Shown: piece after piece, positions 1 through 8,933 of the stretch
Layout: every line of letters starts with the position of its first letter
How positions within the stretch are numbered: the first letter of the stretch is position 1
Assembly (NCBI GenBank): GCA_945992255.1
Contig: CAMFVQ010000010.1
Location: 1,431-65,430, forward strand
DNA: 64,000 nucleotides
DNA from: an uncultured Clostridia bacterium
GTDB taxonomy: Bacteria; Bacillota; Clostridia; Christensenellales; UBA3700
Direction: 5' to 3'
Position numbers and translations under genes: made by a program
Notes under the pieces: generated by a model
Seen by the model: only the letters and a program-made list of their open reading frames with translations
Databases searched by the model: none
Told to the model about the DNA's origin: nothing

Positions 1-1
1 G

Positions 2-385
2 AAGTTGCTCGAAGTGTATGCGATTGATACAAAAAAACGAGTAAAAGATTTGTCGCAAGGTATGAAAGCGATTTTTATTGTATGTTTGGCAATGTCAGGA
101 CAGCAAAAAATTGTTTTGCTAGATGAGCCAACTGCTTTTATGGACAAGAATGCAAGACTTTTGTTTACCAATCTTATCAAAATGGAAAAGAAATATCCCA
201 ACAGATTGATTATTATCTCGACTCATCTTGCAGAAGAGTTGGAAGAAGTTATTGACAAATGCGTGGTCATCAACAATGGTATGCTAAAATGTGTAGATGA
301 CAAGTACGATGAAGAAACAATGCTTAATATAGTCAATCTAGACCAAATGGACAAAATGGCAGAGGTGTACAGCGATGAAAGATAA
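2..385 (+). CDS. ABC transporter ATP-binding protein, C-terminal part (5' end outside window)
   Basis: ORF open to window edge; ABC signature-like LSQGMK followed by Walker B IVLLDEPTAFMD. Confidence 0.8.
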   Translation, partial: KLLEVYAIDTKKRVKDLSQGMKAIFIVCLAMSGQQKIVLLDEPTAFMDKNARLLFTNLIKMEKKYPNRLIIISTHLAEELEEVIDKCVVINNGMLKCVDDKYDEETMLNIVNLDQMDKMAEVYSDER

Positions 386-1055
386 TATGTATCTAAAACA
401 ATATATGTACAGACTGGTGCATTTTTTGCCCAACATAATGATTATCGGAGCTTTGCAATTGATAGGCTGTTTGGTATGGATGAACAAAGGCACTGGCGAA
501 GAAATTATCCTCGATACTAGATACTCAGTGGTGAGTATTGCGAGTGCGGTATTGCTCTTTGTGTCAATGTTCAATGTAAAGCAAGACAAACTTTGTGACA
601 GCATTTTCAACAACGGAAAAGTTTTCGCAGTGACCAATATTATGTTGCTGCTTACCACAAGTCTTTTTGTGGCATGTATCAATATGCTTGCTATGCCGTT
701 GATGAAAGTTTTGCTTACCTTGATAGGCAGAGAAGCTTCAATCGTGTATATAGGATATTTTATTCCATCAGCCAAAGCGATTTTTATGCAGTTGTCGATT
801 ATGGTCTTGATGATTTTTGCCATAGGCGAGTTGGTGATTTTCTTCAGCCGATTGCTTAGAAAATTCTTGGTGTTGGGGCTTGTAATCATAGGAATTGTGG
901 CGTTCTTTATCATATCTTTTGGCGGTCAAACTTATTCGACTGAGTTTTGGGACTATGTCATCAAACACGTATATTTGTTGTATTTGATGCTACTTGGAGC
1001 AGATATTGTTATGTTTGTGCCATCATTTTTGATTGTTTATTTCAAGGAGGACTAG
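375..1055 (+). CDS. multi-pass membrane protein, probable permease partner of the upstream ABC ATPase
   Basis: ATG overlaps upstream stop; about 6 hydrophobic segments in translation; no family recognised. Confidence 0.5.
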   Translation: MKDNMYLKQYMYRLVHFLPNIMIIGALQLIGCLVWMNKGTGEEIILDTRYSVVSIASAVLLFVSMFNVKQDKLCDSIFNNGKVFAVTNIMLLLTTSLFVACINMLAMPLMKVLLTLIGREASIVYIGYFIPSAKAIFMQLSIMVLMIFAIGELVIFFSRLLRKFLVLGLVIIGIVAFFIISFGGQTYSTEFWDYVIKHVYLLYLMLLGADIVMFVPSFLIVYFKED

Positions 1056-1688
1056 ATGAAAGATTTTTTTAAGAAGAAAAAAATATTGATGATTTTGCCA
1101 GCGTGTATTCTAGTAGTACTAGTTTTGCTCCTTGTATTGTTGTATACCTTGCCTCTAAAGAACAAGATTGGGGCTTTTGATTATACAAAATGCCAGTATG
1201 AAGAAAGTGCGGAAGGTGTAGAATTGTGGACAGATAGTGATATCGAAAATGATTATCTAACAGGTGTCAACCTAGACAGATATATAGATTTTGGTAGGGA
1301 AGAGCTGAATATTGTTAACAATGGCAAGTATACTTTTGTGGCAACCAATGACCAAACAACTCAGACCAGATTGTTCAAAGTGGTTGTACGCAAACAAGAT
1401 GGCATTAGTACTCCTTATGCCAACTATATTATGCCAAGACAATTCAAATACGGCGCTGAAGTGAGCCAAATGTTCAGGGGCGTAAAGTTTGAGGTAACCG
1501 CCAACGGCATAACCGCCAAACACAAATCTTGCAAAAAGTTGGTAACTTATCCAGTAGATGATTTTTATAAAAATTATACCAACCGAAAAGATAATATCAA
1601 GGAAGTTTTCTTTGATTGTGAACAACTTTATGTTATAACTATCCCACAAGATTGGAATGTGGATATCGAGATTAAAGTGATAAAATAA
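1056..1688 (+). CDS. hypothetical protein with N-terminal membrane anchor or signal sequence
   Basis: Starts immediately after previous stop; KKKKILMILPACILVVLVLLLVLLY hydrophobic N-terminus; no recognised domain. Confidence 0.5.
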   Translation: MKDFFKKKKILMILPACILVVLVLLLVLLYTLPLKNKIGAFDYTKCQYEESAEGVELWTDSDIENDYLTGVNLDRYIDFGREELNIVNNGKYTFVATNDQTTQTRLFKVVVRKQDGISTPYANYIMPRQFKYGAEVSQMFRGVKFEVTANGITAKHKSCKKLVTYPVDDFYKNYTNRKDNIKEVFFDCEQLYVITIPQDWNVDIEIKVIK

Positions 1689-1717
1689 TAATTTTGAAAA
1701 TATAAACAAAAATCAAA

Positions 1718-1753
1718 GCCATATATTGAGTATTGCACAATATGTGGCTTTTT
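1718..1753 (+). terminator. rho-independent terminator
   Basis: 9-bp stem GCCATATAT/ATATGTGGC (one G-U) followed by TTTTT. Confidence 0.55.
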
Positions 1754-1828
1754 GCTATAATAATTGTGAGATAAGATTTGGGAATGTCGAGTGTTATTGA
1801 TATAAAAAGAGCTTAAAAGGTGAAAATT

Positions 1829-2492
1829 ATGTATGAAATATGTAAAGAATTGAGTGGTCTTCCGTTTTATAGTTTTTTGACAGAAGAACAAAAACATCTT
1901 GTCCTCAACAACACAGAGCTAAAAAACTATAAAAAAGGTGAAATAATAGCAGGGGTTGCTAGACATTGTGTTGGTCCATTTTTGATATTGGAAGGTGAAG
2001 TTAGAGCAATCATTGATGATGAAAACCTTAGAGAAATAACATTGTTCGAATTGCGTGCTAAGGAAATGGGATTGTTGTCGGCAGCATGTATTTTGGAGCA
2101 TATTGCTTTTGACTCTAAGTTTGTCGTTGGGAAAGATAGCATTCTTTTGATAGTCAAGCCTTGTGTTTTGAAGAAAATAATGGAAGAAAATATTGAGGTA
2201 AGGTGTATTATTATCGAGACACTTGTCGAAAGATTATCTTTGTGTATGACAACACTATACGAAATGCTGTTTACACGATACGAGAGAAGAATGGCAGCTT
2301 TTTTGGTTGAAAGATATATATACTGGCGAGAAAGAATTCAGCATAACACAAGAAGAAGTTGCAAAAATGACTAGCTCTGCTCGAGAGGTAGCAGGAAAAA
2401 CAATAAGACAGTTTGCAAAAGATGGAATAATAGAATACAGTAGAGGCAGAATTAAGATATTGGATATAAAAAAATTGAAAGAAATAATGTAA
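1829..2492 (+). pseudogene. Crp/Fnr family transcriptional regulator, split by a frameshift at a T6 run (2299-2304)
   Basis: The 5' ORF carries a cNMP-binding-like domain. The 3' ORF (2307..2492) carries a Crp-type HTH (ITQEEVAKMTSSAREVAGKTIRQFAKDGII). The two frames join if one T is removed. Confidence 0.75.
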
Positions 2493-2519
2493 TAAACAAG
2501 GTAAAATCCAGTTTTAATC

Positions 2520-2559
2520 AGTTGGGAATTATTAACCAAAGTAATTCCCAACTTTTTTT
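2520..2559 (+). terminator. rho-independent terminator
   Basis: 12-bp stem AGTTGGGAATTA/TAATTCCCAACT followed by TTTTTTT. Confidence 0.8.
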
Positions 2560-2674
2560 GTAGTCAAACATATCTAGAAAAAAGGTTAATAAACAATATA
2601 TAATTGTAAGTTGTGAGACTTGCTCTCTTTACTTGTTATAAAATAATCTTTATAATAGAAAAAATGGAGAAAAA

Positions 2675-3451
2675 ATGGATTATTTATTGACATTTCTAGA
2701 GGGATTTGCATCTTTTATATCGCCTTGCGTGCTTCCGATGATACCGTTATATCTATCTTATTTTGCAGGCGAGAACACAGATGAACGATTTGCACAACCA
2801 TCTGGAGAAGAAGAAAGCTTAGAACAACAAGAAGATAAGAAAATAGGCAATAGTACCAACTCGGAACAATCACCAGAAGAAACGCCCAAAAGTGATGACA
2901 AGAAAAAATACCGCATATTGTGGAGAGCGCTATTTTTTGTGATGGGTTTTACATTGATGTTTGTAATATTTGGTGGACTCGTGGGTTTGGTAAGTGGATA
3001 TATTGTCAAATATAAAAAAAATCATAAACATTGTAGCAGGTATTGTGGTCATTATATTTGGACTGTCTTATATGGGACTATTTAGATTACCATTTTTCAA
3101 GGGATAAACAAAACATATAATATAAACAACGCATGGTCGGCTTTTTTGTTTGGAATTGTTTTTGCGGTAGGTGTTGGACCTTGCACAGGAGCATTTTTGG
3201 GATCTGCACTAGCATTAGCATTGACATCAGGAACAGCTCTCAAGGGGTGTTTATTATTGTTGTTGTATTCGCTTGGTATTGGAATACCTTTTATATTGAC
3301 AGCATTGTTGATGGACAAAACAAAACGCCTATTTGGTGTTGTTAAACGACATTTTAAGATTGTTAAAATCGTGAGTGGCAGCTTACTTATCGTGATGGGA
3401 ATTTTGATGGCGGCAGGAGTGATGGATAAAATAGGCACGCTTATGAAATAA
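2675..3451 (+). pseudogene. ccdA: cytochrome c biogenesis / thiol-disulfide electron transfer protein CcdA (DsbD family), interrupted by two compensating frameshifts
   Basis: N-terminal ISPCVLPMIPLYLSYFAG and C-terminal FAVGVGPCTGAFLG motifs lie in the same frame. The 24-codon segment between the A8 run (3014-3021) and the T5 run (3093-3097) reads as CcdA-like (IINIVAGIVVIIFGLSYMGLFRLPFF) only in a shifted frame. Confidence 0.8.
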
Positions 3452-3468
3452 AAAAAAGGAGATTGAAT

Positions 3469-4029
3469 ATGAATCAAACACAAAAAACAATAATAATTAC
3501 AATAGTTTTGGCTTTGCTACTTGTGGGAGCAGTTGTCGGTGCTTTGTGGGGATATAGAAAACTTGCTGGACAAGTTGATTCACAAGGACAAGCGCCAGCT
3601 ATCAAAAACAAAGGCAATTATAAAGATTTTACTATGATTGACAAGGATGGCAATGAACGAAAACTATCTGAATTTGTGGGCAAACCAGTGGTGATCAATT
3701 TTTGGGCATCTTGGTGTGGGCCTTGCGGTGCGGAACTTCCACATTTTGACAAACTCGCAAAAGAGTATCAAGGAAAGGTCAATTTTTTGATGGTCAACTT
3801 GACAGGTGAAGATATGGATAGTATAAAGCGTTTTGTTGACAATAACGGATATACATTCCCACTTTATTTTGACAAACAAAACAGTGGTGCAAGAGCATAT
3901 TTGGTATCCTCTATTCCTGTAACAGTATTCATTACTGCAGATGGTGTGGTAGGGGCTCAACGCATAGGCGCAATGAGTGAGAGCGTGTTGAAAAGTTATA
4001 TAAATCAATTGTTGAAAAAGGAGGGGTAA
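3469..4029 (+). CDS. membrane-anchored TlpA/ResA-like thiol-disulfide oxidoreductase
   Basis: AGGAG RBS 7 nt upstream of ATG; N-terminal TM helix; thioredoxin-fold motif FWASWCGPC. Confidence 0.85.
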   Translation: MNQTQKTIIITIVLALLLVGAVVGALWGYRKLAGQVDSQGQAPAIKNKGNYKDFTMIDKDGNERKLSEFVGKPVVINFWASWCGPCGAELPHFDKLAKEYQGKVNFLMVNLTGEDMDSIKRFVDNNGYTFPLYFDKQNSGARAYLVSSIPVTVFITADGVVGAQRIGAMSESVLKSYINQLLKKEG

Positions 4030-4030
4030 T

Positions 4031-4351
4031 ATGTTGATTGAAATCAATAGAATGAATTTTCATGAAGAAGTTGAAATGTCTGAAAAGCTTGTGTTGGTAG
4101 ATTTGTATGCCACTTGGTGTGGACCATGCAAAGCGCTTACACCAATTCTTGAAGAGATAGCAACAAAGTTTGCAGACCAAATCAAAGTTGTCAAAATCAA
4201 TATAGACGAGGAAGAAAATATTGCAGCAAGATTTGGTATTATGAGTGTACCGACAGTGATTATATTTAGATATGGCGAAAAAGTAAGCTCGTTTGTTGGA
4301 GTAAAGAGTTCGGCGGAAATTGAAAAAATAGTTGAAAAATTGTTGCAATAA
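4031..4351 (+). CDS. trxA: thioredoxin
   Basis: 106 aa, WCGPC active site, GGAGGGG RBS. Confidence 0.9.
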   Translation: MLIEINRMNFHEEVEMSEKLVLVDLYATWCGPCKALTPILEEIATKFADQIKVVKINIDEEENIAARFGIMSVPTVIIFRYGEKVSSFVGVKSSAEIEKIVEKLLQ

Positions 4352-4407
4352 TAATTGTTCATGGCGGTATTGTAGAGAAAGGCGTTGATATTTAATTAAA
4401 TCTGATA

Positions 4408-4437
4408 TTGACAAAATTATAACAATTATGTTAAAAT
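4408..4437 (+). promoter_or_regulatory. putative sigma-A promoter upstream of rubrerythrin
   Basis: TTGACA(4408-4413)-18 nt-TAAAAT(4432-4437). Confidence 0.45.
4417..4431. promoter_or_regulatory. Per-box-like operator inside the promoter spacer
   Basis: TTATAACAATTATGT matches 11 of 14 defined positions of the B. subtilis PerR box TTATAATNATTATAA. Confidence 0.35.
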
Positions 4438-4596
4438 TGATACATAAAGATGATAAAGGAGTTCTAACACCTAGATCGAAACAATAGTCCATATACAATG
4501 ACGGAGGTAGCCGCCTATGAAAAATAATTGAGTGCAAAAGAAGTAGTCTTATTTCTTTACGCTTTTTTGTTTTAGAATAAAAAAGGAGAAAATATT

Positions 4597-5157
4597 ATGC
4601 AAAATAAAGAAGAATTGGCAAAAACAAAGTATGCAGGCACACAAACAGAAAAAAATTTAGAAATCGCATTTGCTGGTGAAAGTCAAGCAAGAAACAAGTA
4701 CACTTATTTTGCCTCTGTAGCGAAAAAAGAAGGATATGAACAAATTGCCGCACTTTTTCTAAAAACAGCAGACAACGAAAAAGAGCATGCAAAACTTTGG
4801 TTCAAAGAGCTTAAAGGTATCAATTCTACTGCTGAAAATCTTTGCGCGGCGGCAGATGGTGAAAATTATGAATGGACAGATATGTACGAAAATTTTGCGA
4901 AAACGGCAGAGCAAGAAGGTTTTGTCGAGCTGGCGCATAAATTTAGATTGGTAGCGGCAATCGAAAAACACCACGAAGAAAGATATCGTGCGCTTCTTAA
5001 CAATATTCAAACAGCTCAAGTATTTGAAAAAAGCACAATCAAAGTGTGGGAGTGTCGAAATTGTGGGCATATTGTTGTAGGTGAAAAAGCACCAGAAATA
5101 TGTCCGACATGCAATCACCCTCAGAGCTACTTTGAATTACATGTGGAAAACTATTGA
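4597..5157 (+). CDS. rbr: rubrerythrin
   Basis: Di-iron ferritin-like domain ([14 protein letters not shown]) plus C-terminal rubredoxin-like CRNCG...CPTC. Confidence 0.92.
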   Translation: MQNKEELAKTKYAGTQTEKNLEIAFAGESQARNKYTYFASVAKKEGYEQIAALFLKTADNEKEHAKLWFKELKGINSTAENLCAAADGENYEWTDMYENFAKTAEQEGFVELAHKFRLVAAIEKHHEERYRALLNNIQTAQVFEKSTIKVWECRNCGHIVVGEKAPEICPTCNHPQSYFELHVENY

Positions 5158-5209
5158 CAATATTTGCAAGTATTGGCAAACAAAAAAAATATAATAAAAG
5201 GAGAAAAGT

Positions 5210-5368
5210 ATGAAAAAATATATTTGTGATGTATGTGGTTGGGTATTTGATGAAGATACTCGTGCAGAATTGGGATTTGACGCCAACGTAGAATTCGTAG
5301 ATTTGCCAGATGACTTCGAATGTCCACTATGCAGAGTAGGAAAAGAAGATTTTTCGGAATTGGAATAA
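5210..5368 (+). CDS. rubredoxin (52 aa, absent from the supplied ORF track)
   Basis: Hand translation gives MKKYICDVCGWVFDEDTRAELGFDANVEFVDLPDDFECPLCRVGKEDFSELE. It has CxxCG and CPxC motifs and a GGAG RBS upstream. Confidence 0.88.
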   Translation: MKKYICDVCGWVFDEDTRAELGFDANVEFVDLPDDFECPLCRVGKEDFSELE

Positions 5369-5416
5369 AACTGATTGTCGAAAGTGATTGGGCTGTGTAG
5401 CCAAAGGAGGTGTGAT

Positions 5417-6904
5417 ATGAAAAAAGCACTTGTTTTTATAGTTTTGATGATGATAATATGCACGCTAGGAGTGTTGGTTGCTTGCGAGAGCAAAACCAAT
5501 TATCCGATTGATTTTCCACAAGATAAGCCATTGCCGGAAGGTATTGAAAGCATCACGCCGACCAACGGAGCAGCACTTGGCGACAATGGATATTTTTTCA
5601 ACAGTGGAAAGGGTGGCTCATTCTTTGTATCGGTGAAATTCAAACCGGGATATGAAGAAGGAAATTTTGCTGTTTTTGCTGATGGAAAACAGTTGCCTAT
5701 CCTCAACAAAAACGAATTGGACGATTGTCTATATATTGATTATGAGGTTTATCCAACGGCAAGGGTAGCTATAAGTTGGTCAGGTAACCCTGTACTTCGC
5801 AGTCATAATGTGACCTTTGAGTACATCAATGGGAATGTTGAAGAAGAGGTTACAAATTTTACATTTTCGTACCAATATATTCAAGGCGATTACAGCTCCG
5901 GTATAAAAACTGCAAGCACTCTAAAAGAGCTTTATGAAATAATTCAACGTGGTACAACAAGATTTATTTATGGCACCAAGTTGATTGTCACAGCAAGTGT
6001 TGAGGGAAAAATAGCTTTTCCTCAAGATTCTATGGTGAGTTATTCTGCAACCAAATACTCAGACAAACTTACCTCGAAAATAGTGGGCAACAAAGCAATC
6101 AAAACTTGGGAAAAGATAGTCGAGAGTGATATTAGCTTAGAACTAAATCCAAATAGATTTAGAGATGGCGATAAAATGAACAATAACAGCTATTTGGTAG
6201 AGGATTACAATATTTTCAATGACAAGTTTGATAAGGTAGAAACATTGAAAGATATATACGACAATCAAGGCAAATTGTATGCTAGACTCCAAAATAATCA
6301 AGCTATCTATTATCTAAAAGACAACTTCAAGAAAGTCGATATAAATGGCGTTGTCGAAGATGGCAAATTCTTGTACAGAGAAGAAGATAAAAGGTGGTAT
6401 CTAGAACTCAAAAAGCCTAACGAATACGCTTTGGAAAAAGCTGATGGATACGATATTGGTTTTGCTGAAGGCGAAAATGGTGTAAGCAAATATTTGCAAG
6501 ACAATCCAAAATTCGTGTATGGCACTATCGAGATTGACTTCAAATCCAACATTATGGATTGGGGTGCGGATACCTATTTGTCCAACTACTATCTAGGAGC
6601 ATATAATGGATATAGACTCAAAGATGGCAAAGAGATGATAAGTGTATGCTTTGCAAAATCTGTCAACAATATCAAAGTCATCATCAATGGAAGCAAAGAA
6701 ATCGTGTTCAATGGTATCAATGACTCTGCTTTTGATGCAGAGAGCAAAGAGGGTGTAACTTTGTACAATGCAACTGGTGCATCTCGCCTAGAAATAACAG
6801 GAGGACAAAGCGTTCACAACGGCAAGACAGAAACACACAGTATTATGTTTGACCAAGCAGTAGTCGGTGAACTCAAAAGCATAGAGATAGTGTCAGCAGA
6901 CTAA
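5417..6904 (+). CDS. hypothetical lipoprotein
   Basis: AAAGGAGG RBS; signal peptide with lipobox-like LVAC (MKKALVFIVLMMIICTLGVLVAC); no recognised domain. Confidence 0.6.
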   Translation: MKKALVFIVLMMIICTLGVLVACESKTNYPIDFPQDKPLPEGIESITPTNGAALGDNGYFFNSGKGGSFFVSVKFKPGYEEGNFAVFADGKQLPILNKNELDDCLYIDYEVYPTARVAISWSGNPVLRSHNVTFEYINGNVEEEVTNFTFSYQYIQGDYSSGIKTASTLKELYEIIQRGTTRFIYGTKLIVTASVEGKIAFPQDSMVSYSATKYSDKLTSKIVGNKAIKTWEKIVESDISLELNPNRFRDGDKMNNNSYLVEDYNIFNDKFDKVETLKDIYDNQGKLYARLQNNQAIYYLKDNFKKVDINGVVEDGKFLYREEDKRWYLELKKPNEYALEKADGYDIGFAEGENGVSKYLQDNPKFVYGTIEIDFKSNIMDWGADTYLSNYYLGAYNGYRLKDGKEMISVCFAKSVNNIKVIINGSKEIVFNGINDSAFDAESKEGVTLYNATGASRLEITGGQSVHNGKTETHSIMFDQAVVGELKSIEIVSAD

Positions 6905-6946
6905 ATGTTGGGCAAAACAAAATAATATAACAACCAACTCATATTT

Positions 6947-6980
6947 GCCACGCATTGTTGAACAATGTGTGGCATTTGTG
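6947..6980 (+). terminator. hairpin terminator after the lipoprotein gene
   Basis: 11-bp stem GCCACGCATTG/CAATGTGTGGC (one G-U); T-rich but interrupted tail; overlaps the uvrC promoter. Confidence 0.45.
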
Positions 6981-6987
6981 TTATAAT
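6958..6987 (+). promoter_or_regulatory. sigma-A-type promoter of uvrC, -10 box ends 6 nt before the ATG
   Basis: TTGAAC-18-TATAAT, then ACAGAT, then ATG 6994; no SD. Confidence 0.5.
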
Positions 6988-6993
6988 ACAGAT

Positions 6994-8847
6994 ATGGATA
7001 GAGATTATCTCAAACAAAAACTTAAAGACTTGCCAACCAACAGCGGTGTGTACATTATGTATTCTAAGGACCGCCAAATTTTGTATGTCGGCAAGGCTCG
7101 CAATCTAAAAAATAGAGTAACTCAGTACTTTGGTTCGGTGGTAGGCAAGAGCGACAAGGTACTCATTATGGTGTCCAAAATCGAAGACTTTGAGTATATC
7201 ATAACTCGCAACGAGATAGAAGCTTTGGTGTTGGAAAATACTCTCATCAAAAAGCACCAACCGCCATACAATATTCTGCTCAAAGATGACAAGTCATATC
7301 CGTTCATTAAAATCAATACAAAGCAAGACTTTCCAAAGGTGGAAGTTGTACGCAAACTTAAAAATGATGGGGCAAAATACTTCGGACCTTATATGATAGG
7401 CATCACTACCAAAGATATAGTGGATCTTATATATTCGGCTTTTCCATTGAGGACTTGCAACCTTGATATGTCCAAAGTGAGCAAAAATCATAGAGCATGT
7501 CTAAACTATCATATAGGCAGGTGTATTGCGCCTTGTATGGGCAAAGTGACCAAAGAAGAATATGGCAAAATCATCGACAATGTTGTCAGCTTTTTGCAAG
7601 GCAATGATAAGAGTGTAAGCAATATTTTGACAGCCAAGATGAATGAGGCGTCAGAAAATGCCGAATTCGAGCTTGCCATAATGTACCGAGATAAGCTCCG
7701 TGTGCTAGACAAACTTATTCGCCGCCAAGTGACAGCGTTGCCACAAGACTTTGATATGGATATTTTTGCTATATCTTCCAATGGCTTCAATGTGGTGGTG
7801 TCAACATTGTTCGTGAGAGGCGGAAAATTGGTGGGGCAAGACAAGAGTGTGGTCGATGTGGTCAACCAAACCGACAGCGAGATTTTGTCCAATTATATTA
7901 TGCAATTCTATGACAAAACACCACATATTCCACAAGAAGTTGTGACAAGCATTGAGCTGGAAGATGAAGATATTTTAGGTGATTATTTGAGCCAAATCAA
8001 AGGCAGGAAAGTAGGTGTTGTGACTCCTCATCAAGGTGTAAGAAAACAGCTTGTGGATATGGCAGTCAGCAACAGCAATGACTTTTTGGAAAAATCACTA
8101 TCTCTCAAAGAACGCCAAGACAATATGACAATGGGCGGTGTTATTCAGCTTCAAGAATTCCTAAAATTGGACAAAATGCCGATACGTATCGAGTGTTTTG
8201 ATATCTCGCATATATCTGGCACCAACAAAGTTGGTTCTATGGTAGTGTTTACCAATGGCGTTGCCAACCGCTCGCATTATCGAAAATATCATATCAAAAC
8301 TGTCGAAGGCAACAATGATTTTGAGTCGCTAAAAGAAGTTCTAACTCGCAGATTTAGGCGTATGAAAGACAAAGAAGAGAGCGATGAGAGTTTTTCAGCA
8401 GTGCCTGATTTGATTATCATCGATGGCGGAAAAGGACAACTCAGTAGCGTGCTGAGCGTTGCCGAACAATGCGGTATAGAAGGCGTGCAAATAGTTGGAC
8501 TTGCCGAGCGAGATGAAGAAGTGTTTTTTCCACACAACTCAGAGCCAGTGTGCTTGCCAAAGACAAGTTATGCACTAAAACTTATACAAAGAGTGAGAGA
8601 TGAAGCCCACAGATTCGCCATAACATTCCACCGCAACGAACGCAAAAAGAAACAAACACGCAGTTCTTTGCAAGACATCGATGGAGTGGGCGAAATCAAA
8701 CAAAAGCGGTTGATAGCTACATTTAGGACAATAGAAAATATCAAGAACGCAAGCGTAGAAGACTTGCTACTTGTCAAGGGTATGGACAGACCGACAGCAA
8801 CCAATATATTTGAACACTATCACCCAAGCAGTAACAAAAATGATTAA
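6994..8847 (+). CDS. uvrC: excinuclease ABC subunit C
   Basis: GIY-YIG N-terminus (GVYIMYSKDRQILYVGKARNLKNRV), UvrC endonuclease and C-terminal HhH regions; start set at MDRDYLKQ. Confidence 0.93.
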   Translation: MDRDYLKQKLKDLPTNSGVYIMYSKDRQILYVGKARNLKNRVTQYFGSVVGKSDKVLIMVSKIEDFEYIITRNEIEALVLENTLIKKHQPPYNILLKDDKSYPFIKINTKQDFPKVEVVRKLKNDGAKYFGPYMIGITTKDIVDLIYSAFPLRTCNLDMSKVSKNHRACLNYHIGRCIAPCMGKVTKEEYGKIIDNVVSFLQGNDKSVSNILTAKMNEASENAEFELAIMYRDKLRVLDKLIRRQVTALPQDFDMDIFAISSNGFNVVVSTLFVRGGKLVGQDKSVVDVVNQTDSEILSNYIMQFYDKTPHIPQEVVTSIELEDEDILGDYLSQIKGRKVGVVTPHQGVRKQLVDMAVSNSNDFLEKSLSLKERQDNMTMGGVIQLQEFLKLDKMPIRIECFDISHISGTNKVGSMVVFTNGVANRSHYRKYHIKTVEGNNDFESLKEVLTRRFRRMKDKEESDESFSAVPDLIIIDGGKGQLSSVLSVAEQCGIEGVQIVGLAERDEEVFFPHNSEPVCLPKTSYALKLIQRVRDEAHRFAITFHRNERKKKQTRSSLQDIDGVGEIKQKRLIATFRTIENIKNASVEDLLLVKGMDRPTATNIFEHYHPSSNKND

Positions 8848-8898
8848 AACACCGCCAACGCAAAAAGCCAAGAATATGAGCTATATTCAAAGCAAATG

Positions 8899-8927
8899 TT
8901 GACACAATAACGAAAAAGATATAAAAT
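8899..8927 (+). promoter_or_regulatory. sigma-A-type promoter, -10 box ends 6 nt before the ATG
   Basis: TTGACA-17-TAAAAT, then AAACCT, then ATG 8934; no SD. Confidence 0.5.
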
Positions 8928-8933
8928 AAACCT

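Noticed and set aside
4500-4596. A mini-ORF (ATG AAA AAT AAT TGA, preceded by GGAGG) and a weak A/U-rich hairpin plus T run in the rubrerythrin leader, considered as a possible attenuator
   Set aside because: The 9-bp stem is almost entirely A-U with a G-U pair. A 4-codon ORF is easily produced by chance in AT-rich DNA. I could not build an alternative antiterminator structure.
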